This document shows positions 1 to 12,449 of a stretch of 64,000 nucleotides of DNA, piece by piece. The notes beneath the pieces were generated by a model. That model was not told the DNA's origin. It saw nothing but the letters and a program-made list of their open reading frames with translations, and did no database searches. The translations under genes were made by a program, and so were the position numbers. Positions within the stretch are counted from its first letter, which is position 1. Each line of letters starts with the position of its first letter. This DNA comes from Lama glama. Its lineage: Eukaryota. The stretch covers positions 56,670,001 to 56,734,000 of the forward strand of contig CM052817.1 of NCBI GenBank assembly GCA_028534125.1, written 5' to 3'.

Positions 1-1127
1 AATCAAGATATAACAAAGAATATAATAAAGCATAGCATAAGAAGTCCAGTTAATGCTACTCTTAGGATTTTAAAAAAATTTTTCCAGATGTATTACTGCA
101 TTACAAAATAGATGGAACACAGACCACAGGTTGATGAACTCTTGTAAACATTCCAGACATTTCCAAATGTGGCTGCACAAAAATCATGTGTGGATCTTTT
201 ATTAAAAACTGATTATGGGGACAAACTCCAGATACCATGATTCATAGGGAATGGATGGGTTCTAGAAATGTATGTCTTTATAAAACTGCATTTTTTAAAT
301 TGTAAAACTATGTAACGTAAACTTTACCATGTTAACCATTTTTAAGTGTACAATTCAGCAGCATTAAGTATATTCACATTGCTGTGTAACCAATCTCCAG
401 AACTTTTTCATTTTCCCCAGTTGAAATTCTAAAGCTATTAAACAATAACACCCTAATCCCCACTACTCATCATGGGGCAGCCAACATTCTGTCTCTATGA
501 ATTTGACTACACTAGGTACCTTATATAAGTAGAATCATACAGTATGTGTTTTTTTGTAACTGTCTTATTTCACTTAGTATAAGATCTTCAAGATCCATTC
601 ATGTTGTAGCATGTGTCAGAATTTCCTTCCTTTTCAAGAATAATATCCCATGGTATGTATGTACCACATTTTGTTTATCCACTCACTCACCGAAGGACAT
701 TGGGTTATTTCCATCTTTTGGTTATGAGGAGTAATATTGCTATGAACATTGGTTTGATTCTCTGCTTTCAATTCTTTGGTATATTTATCTAGAATTGGAA
801 TTTCTGGTTCAAATAGGAATTCTACATTTAATTTTTTTCAGGAACCACCATATCATTTTCCACAGTAACGGCACCATTTATATTCCTACCAGCAATACAC
901 AGGATATCAATCTCTCCACACTCTCACCAACATTTATTATATTTTTGTTTTCTTTTGTTTTTTTATAGTAGATCTCCTAATTGGTGGAAGTGGTATTTCA
1001 TTGTGCTTTTGATTTGCATTTTCCTAATGACTAGTGATATTGAGCAACTTTTTATGTGCTTACTAGCCATTTCTATCTTCTTTGGAGAAATGTCAAGTTC
1101 TTTGCTAATTTTAATGAGGTTGTTCGT

Positions 1128-1155
1128 TGGTGGTGGTGGTGGTGGTGGTGGTGGT
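1128..1155. repeat. (GGT)n microsatellite within L1
   Basis: About 9 tandem tgg/ggt units. Confidence 0.95.
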
Positions 1156-1740
1156 AGTGTTGTAGAGTTGTAGAAGTTCTTCATGTATTTTGGCTATTAA
1201 TCTCTTACTAGATATATTTTTAAAAAATACTTTTACCCATTCTATGGGTTGACTTTTCACTCTGTTTATAAGGTTCTTTTATGCATAAAGGTTTTTAATT
1301 TTGATGAAGTTTACTCTATCTATTTTTTCTTTGATTCTTGTGTTTTTGTTATAGCCAATAAATTCTTTTCCTCTATGCTTTCTTCTAAGAGCTTAATAAT
1401 TTTAGCTCTTATATTTTGGTCTTTTATTCATTTTGAGTTATTTTTTGGAATATGGTGTAAGATAAGGATCCAATTTTATTTTTCTGACACATGGCTTTCC
1501 AGTTTTCACAACACTGTTTGCTCAAGACATTATCTTTTCTTCATTGAATAATTTTGACATGCTTGTCAAAAGTAACTGGAGTGTATATTCAAAAATCTAC
1601 ATCTGTGCTTTTATTCTATTCCATTTGTATATATGTCTCTCTTTATGCCAGTACCACAATGTTCTGATTATTGCAGCTTTGTAATAAGTTTTGAAATCAG
1701 TAAGAGTGAGAGCTTTCTTTTTAAAGATTGTTTTTGCTTA

Positions 1741-1813
1741 TTTTTTTTTTTGGAATTTTTTTTAACATTTTTTATTGATTTATAATCATTTTACAATGTT
1801 GTGTCAAATTCCA
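1741..1813 (-). mobile_element. 3' end and poly(A) tail of a young L1, cut off by the N gap
   Basis: 1756-1813 is the exact reverse complement of 40404-40461; poly-T at 1741-1751. Confidence 0.85.
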
Positions 1814-2313
1814 NNNNNNNNNNNNNNNNNNNNNNNNNNNNNNNNNNNNNNNNNNNNNNNNNNNNNNNNNNNNNNNNNNNNNNNNNNNNNNNNNNNNNNN
1901 NNNNNNNNNNNNNNNNNNNNNNNNNNNNNNNNNNNNNNNNNNNNNNNNNNNNNNNNNNNNNNNNNNNNNNNNNNNNNNNNNNNNNNNNNNNNNNNNNNNN
2001 NNNNNNNNNNNNNNNNNNNNNNNNNNNNNNNNNNNNNNNNNNNNNNNNNNNNNNNNNNNNNNNNNNNNNNNNNNNNNNNNNNNNNNNNNNNNNNNNNNNN
2101 NNNNNNNNNNNNNNNNNNNNNNNNNNNNNNNNNNNNNNNNNNNNNNNNNNNNNNNNNNNNNNNNNNNNNNNNNNNNNNNNNNNNNNNNNNNNNNNNNNNN
2201 NNNNNNNNNNNNNNNNNNNNNNNNNNNNNNNNNNNNNNNNNNNNNNNNNNNNNNNNNNNNNNNNNNNNNNNNNNNNNNNNNNNNNNNNNNNNNNNNNNNN
2301 NNNNNNNNNNNNN
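1814..2313. other. Assembly gap (500 N)
   Basis: Run of 500 N. Confidence 1.
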
Positions 2314-2539
2314 GATGCTATTTTATGAAATTATTTTCTTAATTTCTATTTTGTATGTTCACTCTTTTTGGAAAATTTTATTTTTGATTTGCTTTTACAC
2401 TATAGACATTTTAAATTTTAAATGTTTAAAGCAATCATTTTCTCCTTTATAATTTTTGTCCTTGGTTTAAGGCTAACAGGGTCCTTTCTCATCCAATTAT
2501 CAATTTTTTCTAATACTTTTATATTTACACCTTTTTTCC

Positions 2540-2656
2540 AAATGATTTCCTATCCATTAAGTAAGAAAATGGAACCACCCATACCTCATAACATCACAGT
2601 GAAGATTAAATGAGCTAATTCAATGGAAGGCTCTAGAAACAATAAATGGCACCTAG
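2540..2656 (+). mobile_element. MIR core fragment inside an insert that interrupts the L1
   Basis: aaaatggaaccacccatacctcata...gtgaagattaaatgagctaat...ctagaaacaataaatggcacctag matches the MIR core and 3' part. Confidence 0.7.
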
Positions 2657-3999
2657 TCTTAATGTACAGAAACACAAGTGAATTTTTCATGTTGATTTTG
2701 TATCCTATAACTTGCTAATTTTTTCTTAGTTCCACAGGTTTTTTTGTGTGAATTTTAAAAGGTTTTCTACATACAAGATTATGTCATCTACAAAGAAAGT
2801 CACTTTACTTCTTCCTTTCCAATTTCAATACCCCTTATTTCCACTTCTTGGCTAATTGCTCTGGCTAAGACTTCCAGTACTATGTTGAACAGAAGTGGTG
2901 AAAGTGAGCATCCTTGTCTTCTTCCTAATCTTAGAACAAAAGTTTTCAGTCTTTCACCAATGAATATGATGTTCTCTATGAACTTTTCATATAAAGACTT
3001 TATTATGTTATGGTAGTTTTCTTCTACTCTTAGTTTGTTAAGTGTTTTTTTTTTTTTAATCATGAAAGGATATTCAATTTTGTCAAATTTTTTTCTACAT
3101 TGATTGAAATAATCATGTGTTTCTTTCCCCTTCATTGTTAATGTAGCATATTACACTAATTAGTGTTTGTATGTTGAGCCATCCTTGCATAGATAAATAA
3201 ATATCAGTTGGTCATGGGGTATAATCTTTTTAATATACTCCTGAATTTAGTTTGCTAATATTTTGTTGAGGGTCTTTGCATCAATGTTCATAAAGGATAT
3301 TGGTTGTAGTTTTATTTCCTTGCAGTATATTTATCTGGCTTTGGTATTAGGGTAATGCTGACCTTACAGAATGGATTAAGAACAAAACTGAATTTTAATT
3401 AAAATTTGTCTGTTGATTCTGATGTTCAGCTCCTGTGTAAAACCATTGTTCTACTAAGAGGTACAATGTTTTAATATCACTTAGAATTTCTTCAAAGTAA
3501 GCTTCAAATATTTAAATATTTTCCACATTGTTAAGAAAATCTCCTTACACTGTATAGGTCTTAGAATTTATAAAGCAGTTTCACAGAAGTTTGGCCTCCT
3601 ATTAATTATACAAAATACAAGAAGTTATTTAGATGTCTATTTTACAGAATAAGGAAATTTTGAAACAAAGAAATGGCTTAAATTTTGCTAATAAGTGATG
3701 GAGCTGAGAAAAGAACCCAGGATGAAATTATACCAGTCATTAAATAATGTGACTTAATCAAAAATAACAGGAGTGGGGGGAAGGTGTAGAATGAAGTTTA
3801 AAGCATGACTACATCATATAGACATTTTAATTGTGATGATATATATTAAGTTTACGAGTTTGCCTTGTAGTCAGAAACATCATAGTTACTAACAACACTT
3901 TAATATAGCAGATAGAGTTTTAAGTTGAATATTTTCTACAGTGTTGCCTAAAGTTGGCTCTTTTGATTTATGTTTATGACCAAAACAGTGATGTTTCTG

Positions 4000-4690
4000 T
4001 TGCAGGTTGGATACTTTGAGATACAGACACTGAGGGTTTCCATATGTACAATGTTAAAGGATGAGAAAGGAAAACAAAGAAAACAGAATCAAACAAGAAG
4101 AGAAGCTGAGCTGTTGTTATGGACTGAATTTTGTACTTACTCCCAAATTTGTATGTTGAAGCTCTAGCCTCCAGTGTGATGGTATTTGGAAGTAAGTCTT
4201 TTGGGAGGTTAGTCATATGTAAATGAACTCATGAGGATGGAGCCTGCATGACTGGATTTGTATTTTTTTTTTTTAAATGAGGAAGACAGACTAGAGTGCA
4301 CTCTCTTTCTCCACCACGTGTATGAGGACACATCGAGAAGGCAGCCATCCTAAAGCCAGAAATAAGAGTCCTTACCAGGATCTGAATCTGCCAAGACCTT
4401 GACCTTGAACTTCCCAGGCTCCAGAATTGTTCCACCCAATCTATGTATTGCATTATAGCAGCCCGGGCTAAGACAGTTTTGAAGCAGGTCTAACAAAATT
4501 AGACAACCTCACAGAGAGTTTGAAGCTACAATGGCTTTTCAGAGTTTCCCTCGTTGGGCTAAGATGACCAGGTCTTTACAGTCCCTGAAAGTGTGGGCAC
4601 TGATCTGAGCTGCTGTGAGAAGGGGTATTTTGTTGAGGTAGCTCTTTGCAGCTGAGAAACCAGTATCTCACTGAAAGTGATCTGCCTACT
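4000..4690 (-). mobile_element. ERVL LTR (LTR16-like) fragment interrupted by MLT1A
   Basis: agaagctgagctg ... gcaggtctaacaaaatt...gagtttgaagctacaatggcttttcagagtt resembles LTR16-type consensus on both sides of the MLT1A. Confidence 0.45.
4115..4475 (+). mobile_element. MLT1A/MLT1A0 MaLR solo LTR
   Basis: Starts tgttatggactgaatt, contains tgaggacaca..gagaaggcagccatc and gaccttgaacttcccagg, ends atagcagcccgggctaagaca. Confidence 0.85.
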
Positions 4691-5224
4691 ATGTCATACT
4701 ATCTTATTCAAAGAGCTTTTTCCAGAATTTATTCAGCAATATTTTCCTATTTCTCTATCATCCCTAAGTTCTACATTAGCACAGTTTAAAATTGAATCCT
4801 CTACTTTTGTTTGCACACTGAAGTTTCTATGTAGGTGGGTTTTTATGACTTTATAGAATACATCTTGGCAAAATGCCTCTATGTTCATTATCTTAAGAGA
4901 TGTTATTTCCTGTTCCTGATGTCAATGAGAAAAAAAGATGGTTCATTTTCTTACAAGACTTTTCTTGAAATAAACTGAACCACCTGTGGTTTGTCAGGCA
5001 GTAAATGTTTTTTTCCCTAGAGATTGAATTTTTATATATTTGATAACATGGTATATATACATCAAACATGAATTTTTTTCTTTAAAAAGACACAATCATG
5101 ATGTTTTCATTATTAAAGGAATTAGTTGGTGACATTAGTTGGAGCAGCTGTAAAGATTGCTTTGCACCAACAAAGTATCCACACATTTAAATATTTTCTT
5201 TATTCTTTCCTTGTCTGTTTTCTT

Positions 5225-5420
5225 CCATTCTTTCAATAAATATCCATCTATTGTTTGCCATATATTATGTATTATACTATGTATTAAGGACATAAATGAC
5301 TCGTCATACAGCCTCTTCTCTTAAGGAGCTCACAGCCAAGTTGAGGAAATATATGAAAACAACCAAAAAATGCAATACAGAATCTGTACACTGACAGATC
5401 AACACAGAAATAGTGGTATG
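5225..5420 (-). mobile_element. L2 3' fragment
   Basis: cattctttcaataaatat...aaggagctcacagccaagttgagg is an antisense L2 3'-end pattern. Confidence 0.6.
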
Positions 5421-5469
5421 AAAGAAAAAATTAACCAACAGGACCTGATAATATAATTGGAGACACACA

Positions 5470-5800
5470 TAAATCATGAAATTGCTGCATCTGAATAAAT
5501 CCTAGAGGTCAATTACACAAAACAATCATCCCATATTTGGGTAACCCCTACAATCTTTTTGCTCAGAGATGGTCCAGCTTGTGTTGACAACTTTCATTGA
5601 CAAGCAATTCTAATTCCTTCTTTGGGTAAATCTGGTGTTAAAACAAAAAGTGAAAAGAAAAAGATACTACGATAAACTCTATCCCTTCAAAGTTGATGCT
5701 CATTAGTCCTTTTTTATCCTTAGAGAATGAATATAATCTCTCATCCACATGCCAACCTTTCAAATATATATAATAGCAACAATTATTTTGTTTATCTTCT
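5470..5800 (-). mobile_element. L3/CR1 LINE fragment
   Basis: cctagaggtc...agatggtccagcttgtgttgacaactttcattgac...cattagtcct...ccacatgccaacctttcaaatat follows the L3 consensus order. Confidence 0.55.
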
Positions 5801-5995
5801 TTAAAATTCAAGACATCATAGGATAAAATTAAGACTTTATATTTTTATGCTTAACTGAAAAATCCTTCAAATCCTTCCAAAAAAGGCACTTATGAGAATA
5901 ATAATCATAAGTCTATATATGAAAGTCACATTCCTATGAATATATTTGAAACCAATGTGTAGCTCTAACCTACATGACAGGTTTGCTAATTAAAT

Positions 5996-6110
5996 CAGTG
6001 CTTCTCAAACATTAAAGTACATATGAATCATTTGAAAATTTCATTAAATGTTCATTCAGATGTAGTAGGTCTGAGATAGGGCCTAAAAATTTGCCCTTAT
6101 TAGAAGCTTC
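5996..6110. mobile_element. MER5A fragment
   Basis: cagtgcttctcaaac...gaatca...gtaggtctgagatagggccta. Confidence 0.7.
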
Positions 6111-6458
6111 AATATGTAAATAAACTTACATACTGAAGGTAATGAGTGATAGTTACATAGCTGACACTGTTGCCTTGTTCACATCTGGTTGGACCTGCAG
6201 TCCAGTGCCCTAGCCAAAGGACAGTCATCAATAGGCCAGATCTGCAAGGCAACAGCAAACTTTGAGGAGGTTCAATATGATGCATTTATCTAAAAGGGGC
6301 ATTCCATGTTGATTGCAAAAGAACTTTCATCTTCGGAGCTTCCTGTGCAAAGTCTTGATAGGAGGATAGCAGAAGCAGAAGTCACAGCAGAGATATCCAT
6401 GGAGGCAACAATGAACACTCACTTCTGATGTAATTATGAGATGGTGAAATTGAAAAAG

Positions 6459-6650
6459 CAGTGATTCTCAAAATTGGATGCACCTTAGAATCACTTAGGG
6501 AGCTTTTCAAAATCCCAATGCCCAGGCTGAACCCCAGCCCAGAATCTTGGGGGCTATAAGCTTTCAATGTTTGTTCAAAAAAAAAAGAAAAATCCTAGGT
6601 GATATCTGAAGTACAGAAGTACAGTCAAAGTTGACAGTCACTTATGCTAG
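6459..6650. mobile_element. MER5B
   Basis: cagtgattctcaaaattggatgcaccttagaatcacttagggagctttt...aatgcccaggctg...aggtgat...caaagttgacagtcact. Confidence 0.75.
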
Positions 6651-6767
6651 ATATACTGTCAATCACTAAATCAGCTACTGAATTGTAGAAAACAAGGCAT
6701 AAAACAATGTTCTCCTTGAGACTTGGTTATGGAGTTGTGACTGGGTTGTCTGTGTAACCTTATATTA

Positions 6768-6992
6768 CTGGTTCTCAAGTGTCAGCTCTCACCAGAATTA
6801 CCTGGAGAACTTGTCAGAAATGCAGATTGCTAGGTCCCTTTCTCAGAATTTTTTATTTAGTAGGCCAGAGGTAGGGCCTGAAAATGTGCATTTCTGACAA
6901 GTTCTCAAGTGATGCTAATGTTGCATTTCTGACAAGTTCTCAAGTGATGCGAATGTTGCTGAGAAATGGACCACACTTTCAAAACTACTACC
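6768..6992. mobile_element. MER5A with an internal 35-bp tandem duplication
   Basis: ggttctcaagtgt...gaattacctggagaacttgtcagaaatgcagatt...ggaccacactttcaaaactact; 6887-6921 is repeated at 6922-6956. Confidence 0.8.
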
Positions 6993-7649
6993 CTATATTA
7001 TAGAAGAATCAGGAGACTGGGAGAGAGTGAAAAGAGAAAAGGAGAAAGGGGAAAAAAAGAAACAGCTTCTAGGCATTGGAAGTAATCAGAATAAATATAA
7101 ATTTGTGAAAGATGGTGGGCAGTATGTCCACAAGATTCAAGGAGTTTGCTGTGACAATAGTAAAGGTAATAAAATGGAAAGGGCAAGAAATGAGACTCGT
7201 AGAGTGGGCTGTGAAAGACATGAGAAGAGTGTGAATTTCACCCTGTAGTGTATGTAATGGTAATTATCCTGACCAAAGGTGGGAATCAGAAAGGTAATTC
7301 TGGCCTTAGTATGTTAGTAATTAATGCAAGGATCAAATTGATTCCTACCCTTTTCAAAAAAAATCTAAAATAGACATTGATTGGGATTTTTTTCACAAGA
7401 AACATTCTGGAAACAAGGTAAAAAATACATGTATACTGTATTTTAAAATGAGAATTGGTGAAGTAACAAATCTACAAAGAGTTTTAGGTATTTAGAATAA
7501 AATACTAAAACTTCTTTTCAAGATAATTGAAATTTCTGCTTCCAAATATTACAAAACTGTTTCTTAATGATGTTTTAAAACTAAAATTTCTGTTCTTTAA
7601 TTTTTTTGAGAATATGTATATATGCCATCCTACCAGCAAAACTGATATG

Positions 7650-8460
7650 CAAATTCTAGTGCCCAAATTTTGGTCTCTACCATCATTTACAAGAACCAGA
7701 GCTTCTTGGAGAAAAGGCTGACTTCATGTCTAGAGCATAGATGATCCAAGTTGAATTCAGAACATCTTGCTAGGTCAGAAAGCAAGGCTATTTTTAAAGA
7801 TTAAATAGGTCATGCAATGAGGACATAGGAGCCAAGAAGCCATACTGAAGAGTTTGAAATGGGACAAAAGTGTGATAATTTATGCATCAAAAAAGAAAAG
7901 AAATTTATGGTTGCATAAATTAAATTTATAAAAAGCCATGAGTTTATAATGACACCAAAAGGGAGTCTTCATAAGGTATACAATATCACATATAATATCT
8001 TTTTGCTAAAAATATTTAAATTTAATTGAACTTTCAAATTTAACTTGTAATTTAAGGGAATTACAAGCATTATAGGGAAGAAGATAACCAATACTATAAG
8101 AATGACCAGCCAGATTTGGATGGTGGAGATGGAACAGTTTCTAGGACAACCAACAGTCAGTTCATGAGAGTTTCTTCACAAAAAGATGCTATTAAAGAAG
8201 AGAAAACCTAAAGGGACATAAAATTTGTGATGGGGAGATCTTAGTTAAGACAGATAATCAGGAAAGAATATGTTAAAGTAATTAGGTAAATTTGAATATG
8301 GATGGGGTATTAACTGATACTAAGAAATTTTAATGCACTTCATTAGGTGTTATCCTATTATTTTGGCTATGGAAGAAGATATTTTTAGAGAAGCATTCTG
8401 AAATATTTAGAAATGAAATGTTACCTGGTCTGTAATTGATATTAAAATATACTACAGTCA
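7650..8460 (+). mobile_element. L1MC4/L1MC5-type L1 3' UTR fragment
   Basis: accagagcttcttggagaaaaggctgacttc...gaacatcttgctaggtcagaaagcaagg...ggacataggagcc and ggtaaatttgaatatggatggggtatta match the L1MC-type 3' region. Confidence 0.7.
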
Positions 8461-11400
8461 GTGAGAAACAAATGTGTGGATATATTAGTTTTAATCTACT
8501 CATAAGAGTGATTAACTTGCCCTAATCTGGAATGCAGATTCCAAAATATAATTAGCTAGATTTTTATTCCAAAGGCCTAATTCCAAGGCAGCTGATGATA
8601 GCATTCCAACAATCTTTAATTTCAATCAACTCCAGAATTTTATTAATTAGCATCATTGCCTACTAGAATTGAATTTTTACAGTTAAAATTATTGGCTGGT
8701 TAGTAAACATCATGAATATTAGAGATAGGTTTTCATTAGTGAATTAGTTGTTTTCAAGATGTATGGATTTCAGTAGAAGTACTTTAGAGACATTCCTGCC
8801 CTTGAACAAACAGGTCATAAAAATCAAGCAAGCAGAGCAAACTTGTCCTTAGAAATGCTACTCTCAGCTTGATTCCTAAATGGTCCTATGTGTATCCAGA
8901 AGATTTTTGCTTGCCTGACTCCCATCAGTAATGTATGTTGAATCTTGCCACCAGATGATTGTCACATTTGAAGCACCAAAAATAAAGCTGGGGCTTTCAT
9001 GAAGCCAAAACAGTTTGTCTGAGAACATTGTGTCTTCCTGTATTTGTGTCAGGATTCTATTCCAGACTTGTTTCCAGTGATACCTGGTATGAAGTTGCTG
9101 GGGGGAAAACCAACAACCATCACTTGCCTCTAACTGTTGGAGGCTATTAACGCTCACGAAAAGGAATCTAATAGTTGCACATGATCAAACTGGTTTAGCT
9201 CAGTTTGCAACATCATTCTTCTTGTCATGGTGATTGATTAAAGAATGTAAATGTAACCTACATCAGAGCAGTAAGACTGAACTGTGCGAGTTTTATAGAA
9301 ATTATTTAGAAAGTGCTGTTCCTCAATGACACTATAAACACACTGGAATTGCCAAGCTTGTTGAGGAGAATCTTGAGGCTGTTTAGAGCCGTAATGGCAA
9401 CTGATGGAAACAGTCTGCATGAGAAAGAATCCAAAGCCAAGGAAAACAAGACTTAGAGCCAGACAGGTTCTTGATGTTTGAGCATCTGGATACAGAAATA
9501 CCAGAATTTAGTTCTCTCCATGAAATTTTCAATTATAAGAATGCCAAAATTATCCTTAACAATTAGGATTACATTTCTATCACTGCAACTAGTACAAATC
9601 TTTATAAAACATAAAGTTATATATTTCTGAGAGTAATACATGATTACAAAGAATATTTAGGGTTTTTTTTTTTTTACCCCATACTCATCTTTGCTGTTTC
9701 CTTCTCTCAGTTGTCTTTTGGATGGATGAGCTCAAGGAATAACTAGTTCTGTTCATGTTCTAAGTTTATGTTATGTGTAGGCTCCCCCTAGCATATCCTT
9801 AGCAACACTAACCCAGACTGACTGATCAATGTAAGTGCTAGGTAAACAGATTCATAACAAGGACTTCGTTTACCCATAGACTCTGTTTGAAATAACTTGA
9901 TCAATAAAAATTCCTAATTTTACTTATTTGATATCTAGAGCATCTTTCTTGACTTGTAATTTGTTTCAACTCAGGCTGTTCACATACTAGTAAGAGAATG
10001 AAGCAAGGTAGTTAAAGAGAGCAGCAGAAGAGTACTGAACGTGTGAAAACACTATAGCTAAGCTGGGATGGGAAGAAAGTTAATACAGAGGTGACTGACA
10101 GAATGAAGATAGATCTAGAAGCCAATGGACTGGTTTTGTAATGTCAAAGAACGATTGTCTTAGGAATTGCTGATTGAGAGGGTAGGAGTGACAGGAGTCT
10201 AGCACAGTAAATGCAGAACCACTTTTATAAGTAGCCTCTATCATCACTCTGAAGCTGGATGGACTAACACAGTACATTCATGACTTTTTTATACTATCAA
10301 CAAAAATAAAAAATAATTCATTCATTTATTTTCCAGACTTCCATTGTGGCCTTATTTTGTACAACTGCTAATATCTATTAACAATAAGAAAATTCGTAAG
10401 CTGTACCTGAATTTTTATTCTACATACAAAAGTTGTAAAACTTATCTCATGTTCTGTCTTTGGAAGCTAATAAAAGTGTGATTTTCTCACTCTTCCCTTT
10501 CCAAAGGCTAATCATCAGGTCATTTATTTCATTACTGAATAAGAATCTTTAAGAAGTCTGTAAACAAAACATTAAGATGTAAATAAACTTACCAACACAA
10601 ATAAAACTCTATTAATTTGTTTATTACTAATGAATAGTAGGGTCAGCTTATAGACCACCAATACCCTTTTTCTATTGTCAACTATCTATGATGACATAAA
10701 TAGACTGAGAGGACCATTATCTGTGGGTGGACTGCCATTAGTAGGTGTAGTTTATTAATTCCACAGTCTAAAAGATAACCTTAGATTTAACTAAATATGT
10801 GGAAAACTGATACACAGACATTGAAATAACTCTAGATTACTGAATTGTACTTTAATGTGATATTAAAAGATGTTGAGACAATTCCAAAACATTCTAAAAT
10901 TATGTTGATGAGTATATTATTCAGTTTGTTACACATAATACATGCTTATATACTAGAACCCTCAAAAACAAATTCACATTTGATTTTAAGATTAATTATA
11001 GTTGTGTCTTTCCTAAGATACTGAATTGCTCTTAAATTTATGGGTGAATTATGTGATTTACCAGATTTCCTTCTTTATATTGTCTAGAAGAAGCAGATTT
11101 GTCACCAATGGCTATCAAGAACATAGATATTTATCAAGTATTTATTAATAGCCATATTTAGTTCAATTTATTTGCTTTTAAATTTTTTGTCACAATTACT
11201 TCTTATTTACCTGAATTTAGTCTTTTTATGTCTGTTCAGAAGTCAACTGATACCGCATTTTTGGTTTGAAATGGGGGCTTTAATTAAATAATTAATAAGC
11301 ATTTGATTATAAAAGTCATATAAATATGGTTATATGAGTATACTTCATATATATGCACACATTTATATAATGATTCCAATTATTCTTCTTTCCATCTCGA

Positions 11401-12449
11401 TGTTTCATATTTTTAGACCAAACTTAAATCAGATTAGGTAGCAATTCCATGTGATTTATACAAATTTGTTCACATTGTCCAATTTTTGCTATTTTTAAGA
11501 AATACTGGATTTCCCTTTAGCAGCAATTGTTTCATTTTTGTAGTAATTGTCTCTGTTCAAGACAATTAGGAGTGATGGGGGCTTTATTACTTAATTAGCA
11601 AGGCCTGAAGAACACTGCTCCACCAGCTTAATTAAATCTATTTTAAAATGGACAATATAAACTATAGCTGGCTGTTAATGATCAACAAATCTTATCTATT
11701 TGTTCATTTTTTTCCTCCTAAATCTTTTCTTTTAAACCTGTGATCTTCTAGCTGTTTCCTCAAAACGAAGTGAAATAGCTGCAGAGAGATAATATCTCAA
11801 ACATCCAAAAGACATCAATACCTTCCGATTCCCTGCTCTCTATACTGCTATTATGACAATCACTTTTGAAGGTAATTTTTTTTCATTCTTGCCATTTTTC
11901 TAAGTAAAAACTGTTCCCTAAAATAATGAGTAATTCAGGAAATGGGAGCAATCCTTTATCACCTTCTTTGAAAAGAATGAATAAATTAAATATAGTGATT
12001 ACAAAGTCCTTTTCTAATTCTTTAATGATTTGAACAATTAAATAGAAATACTTCCGATGCTTTGGCTAGTATTTAAATTTAACTAAATAGACCTTTTCAT
12101 TTGTGTGTTATTTGCATTGTTTTCTTTTTCTTTTAGTTCCCTTTCTCCTATATACCCAAGCTGTCTCGTATGTATCTGTGCTGACATCTTGGTTTGTCTT
12201 TGACTATACAGAAATACATATGACTTATTTGGGACAAAAAAGGAGTCGTGAGCAAAACAGAATAGCCATGCTCTTGTTTATAAAACTCTGATGCTTGAAG
12301 GTGACTAAAACAGGACATAGAATAGAAAGTAGGATAGGTATCCCCACTATGAGTTAGAAATCCTTAGATACGGGGCTAAATCACTTAACAGCCAGATAGT
12401 ACTAACCAATCACTCTAGCTATTCTATGTATAATGTTTTTGGAGAGGAG

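Larger units (their letters stand above)
295..3383 (-). mobile_element. Old 5'-truncated L1 (L1MB-like): 3' UTR plus degenerate ORF2 (RT and C-terminal region)
   Basis: ORF 2800..3135(-) [11 protein letters not shown]...[22 protein letters not shown] is L1 ORF2 RT. ORF 963..1184(-) KHIKSCSISLVIRKMQIKSTMKYHF is the ORF2 C-terminus. 295-700 is a typical antisense L1M 3' UTR. Candidate TSD aaaactgcatttt (282-294) / aaaactgaatttt (3384-3396), 12/13 identical. Confidence 0.9.
160..3452. mobile_element. MER5-family hAT-Charlie MITE split in two (~160-290 and ~3397-3452) by an L1 insertion
   Basis: Left piece ccaaatgtggctgcac...ctgatt...gggttctagaaatgt and right piece tgattctgatgttcagc...aaaccattgttcta resemble consecutive parts of the MER5A/B consensus. 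Confidence 0.55.

Noticed and set aside
955..1184. Poly-Gly / poly-Pro ORFs
   Set aside because: Produced by the (GGT)n microsatellite inside a decayed L1 ORF2.
1775..2452. Long ORFs of 175-254 aa across the gaps (also 39642-40416)
   Set aside because: Artefacts of translating N runs.
2800..3135. Reverse-transcriptase-like ORF as a functional gene
   Set aside because: Short open remnant of a truncated, frameshifted L1 ORF2.
10640..10900. Plus-strand peptide LLSTIYDDINRLRGPLSVGGLPL vaguely like a LINE RT core
   Set aside because: No YADD motif and multiple stops; similarity too weak to support by eye.
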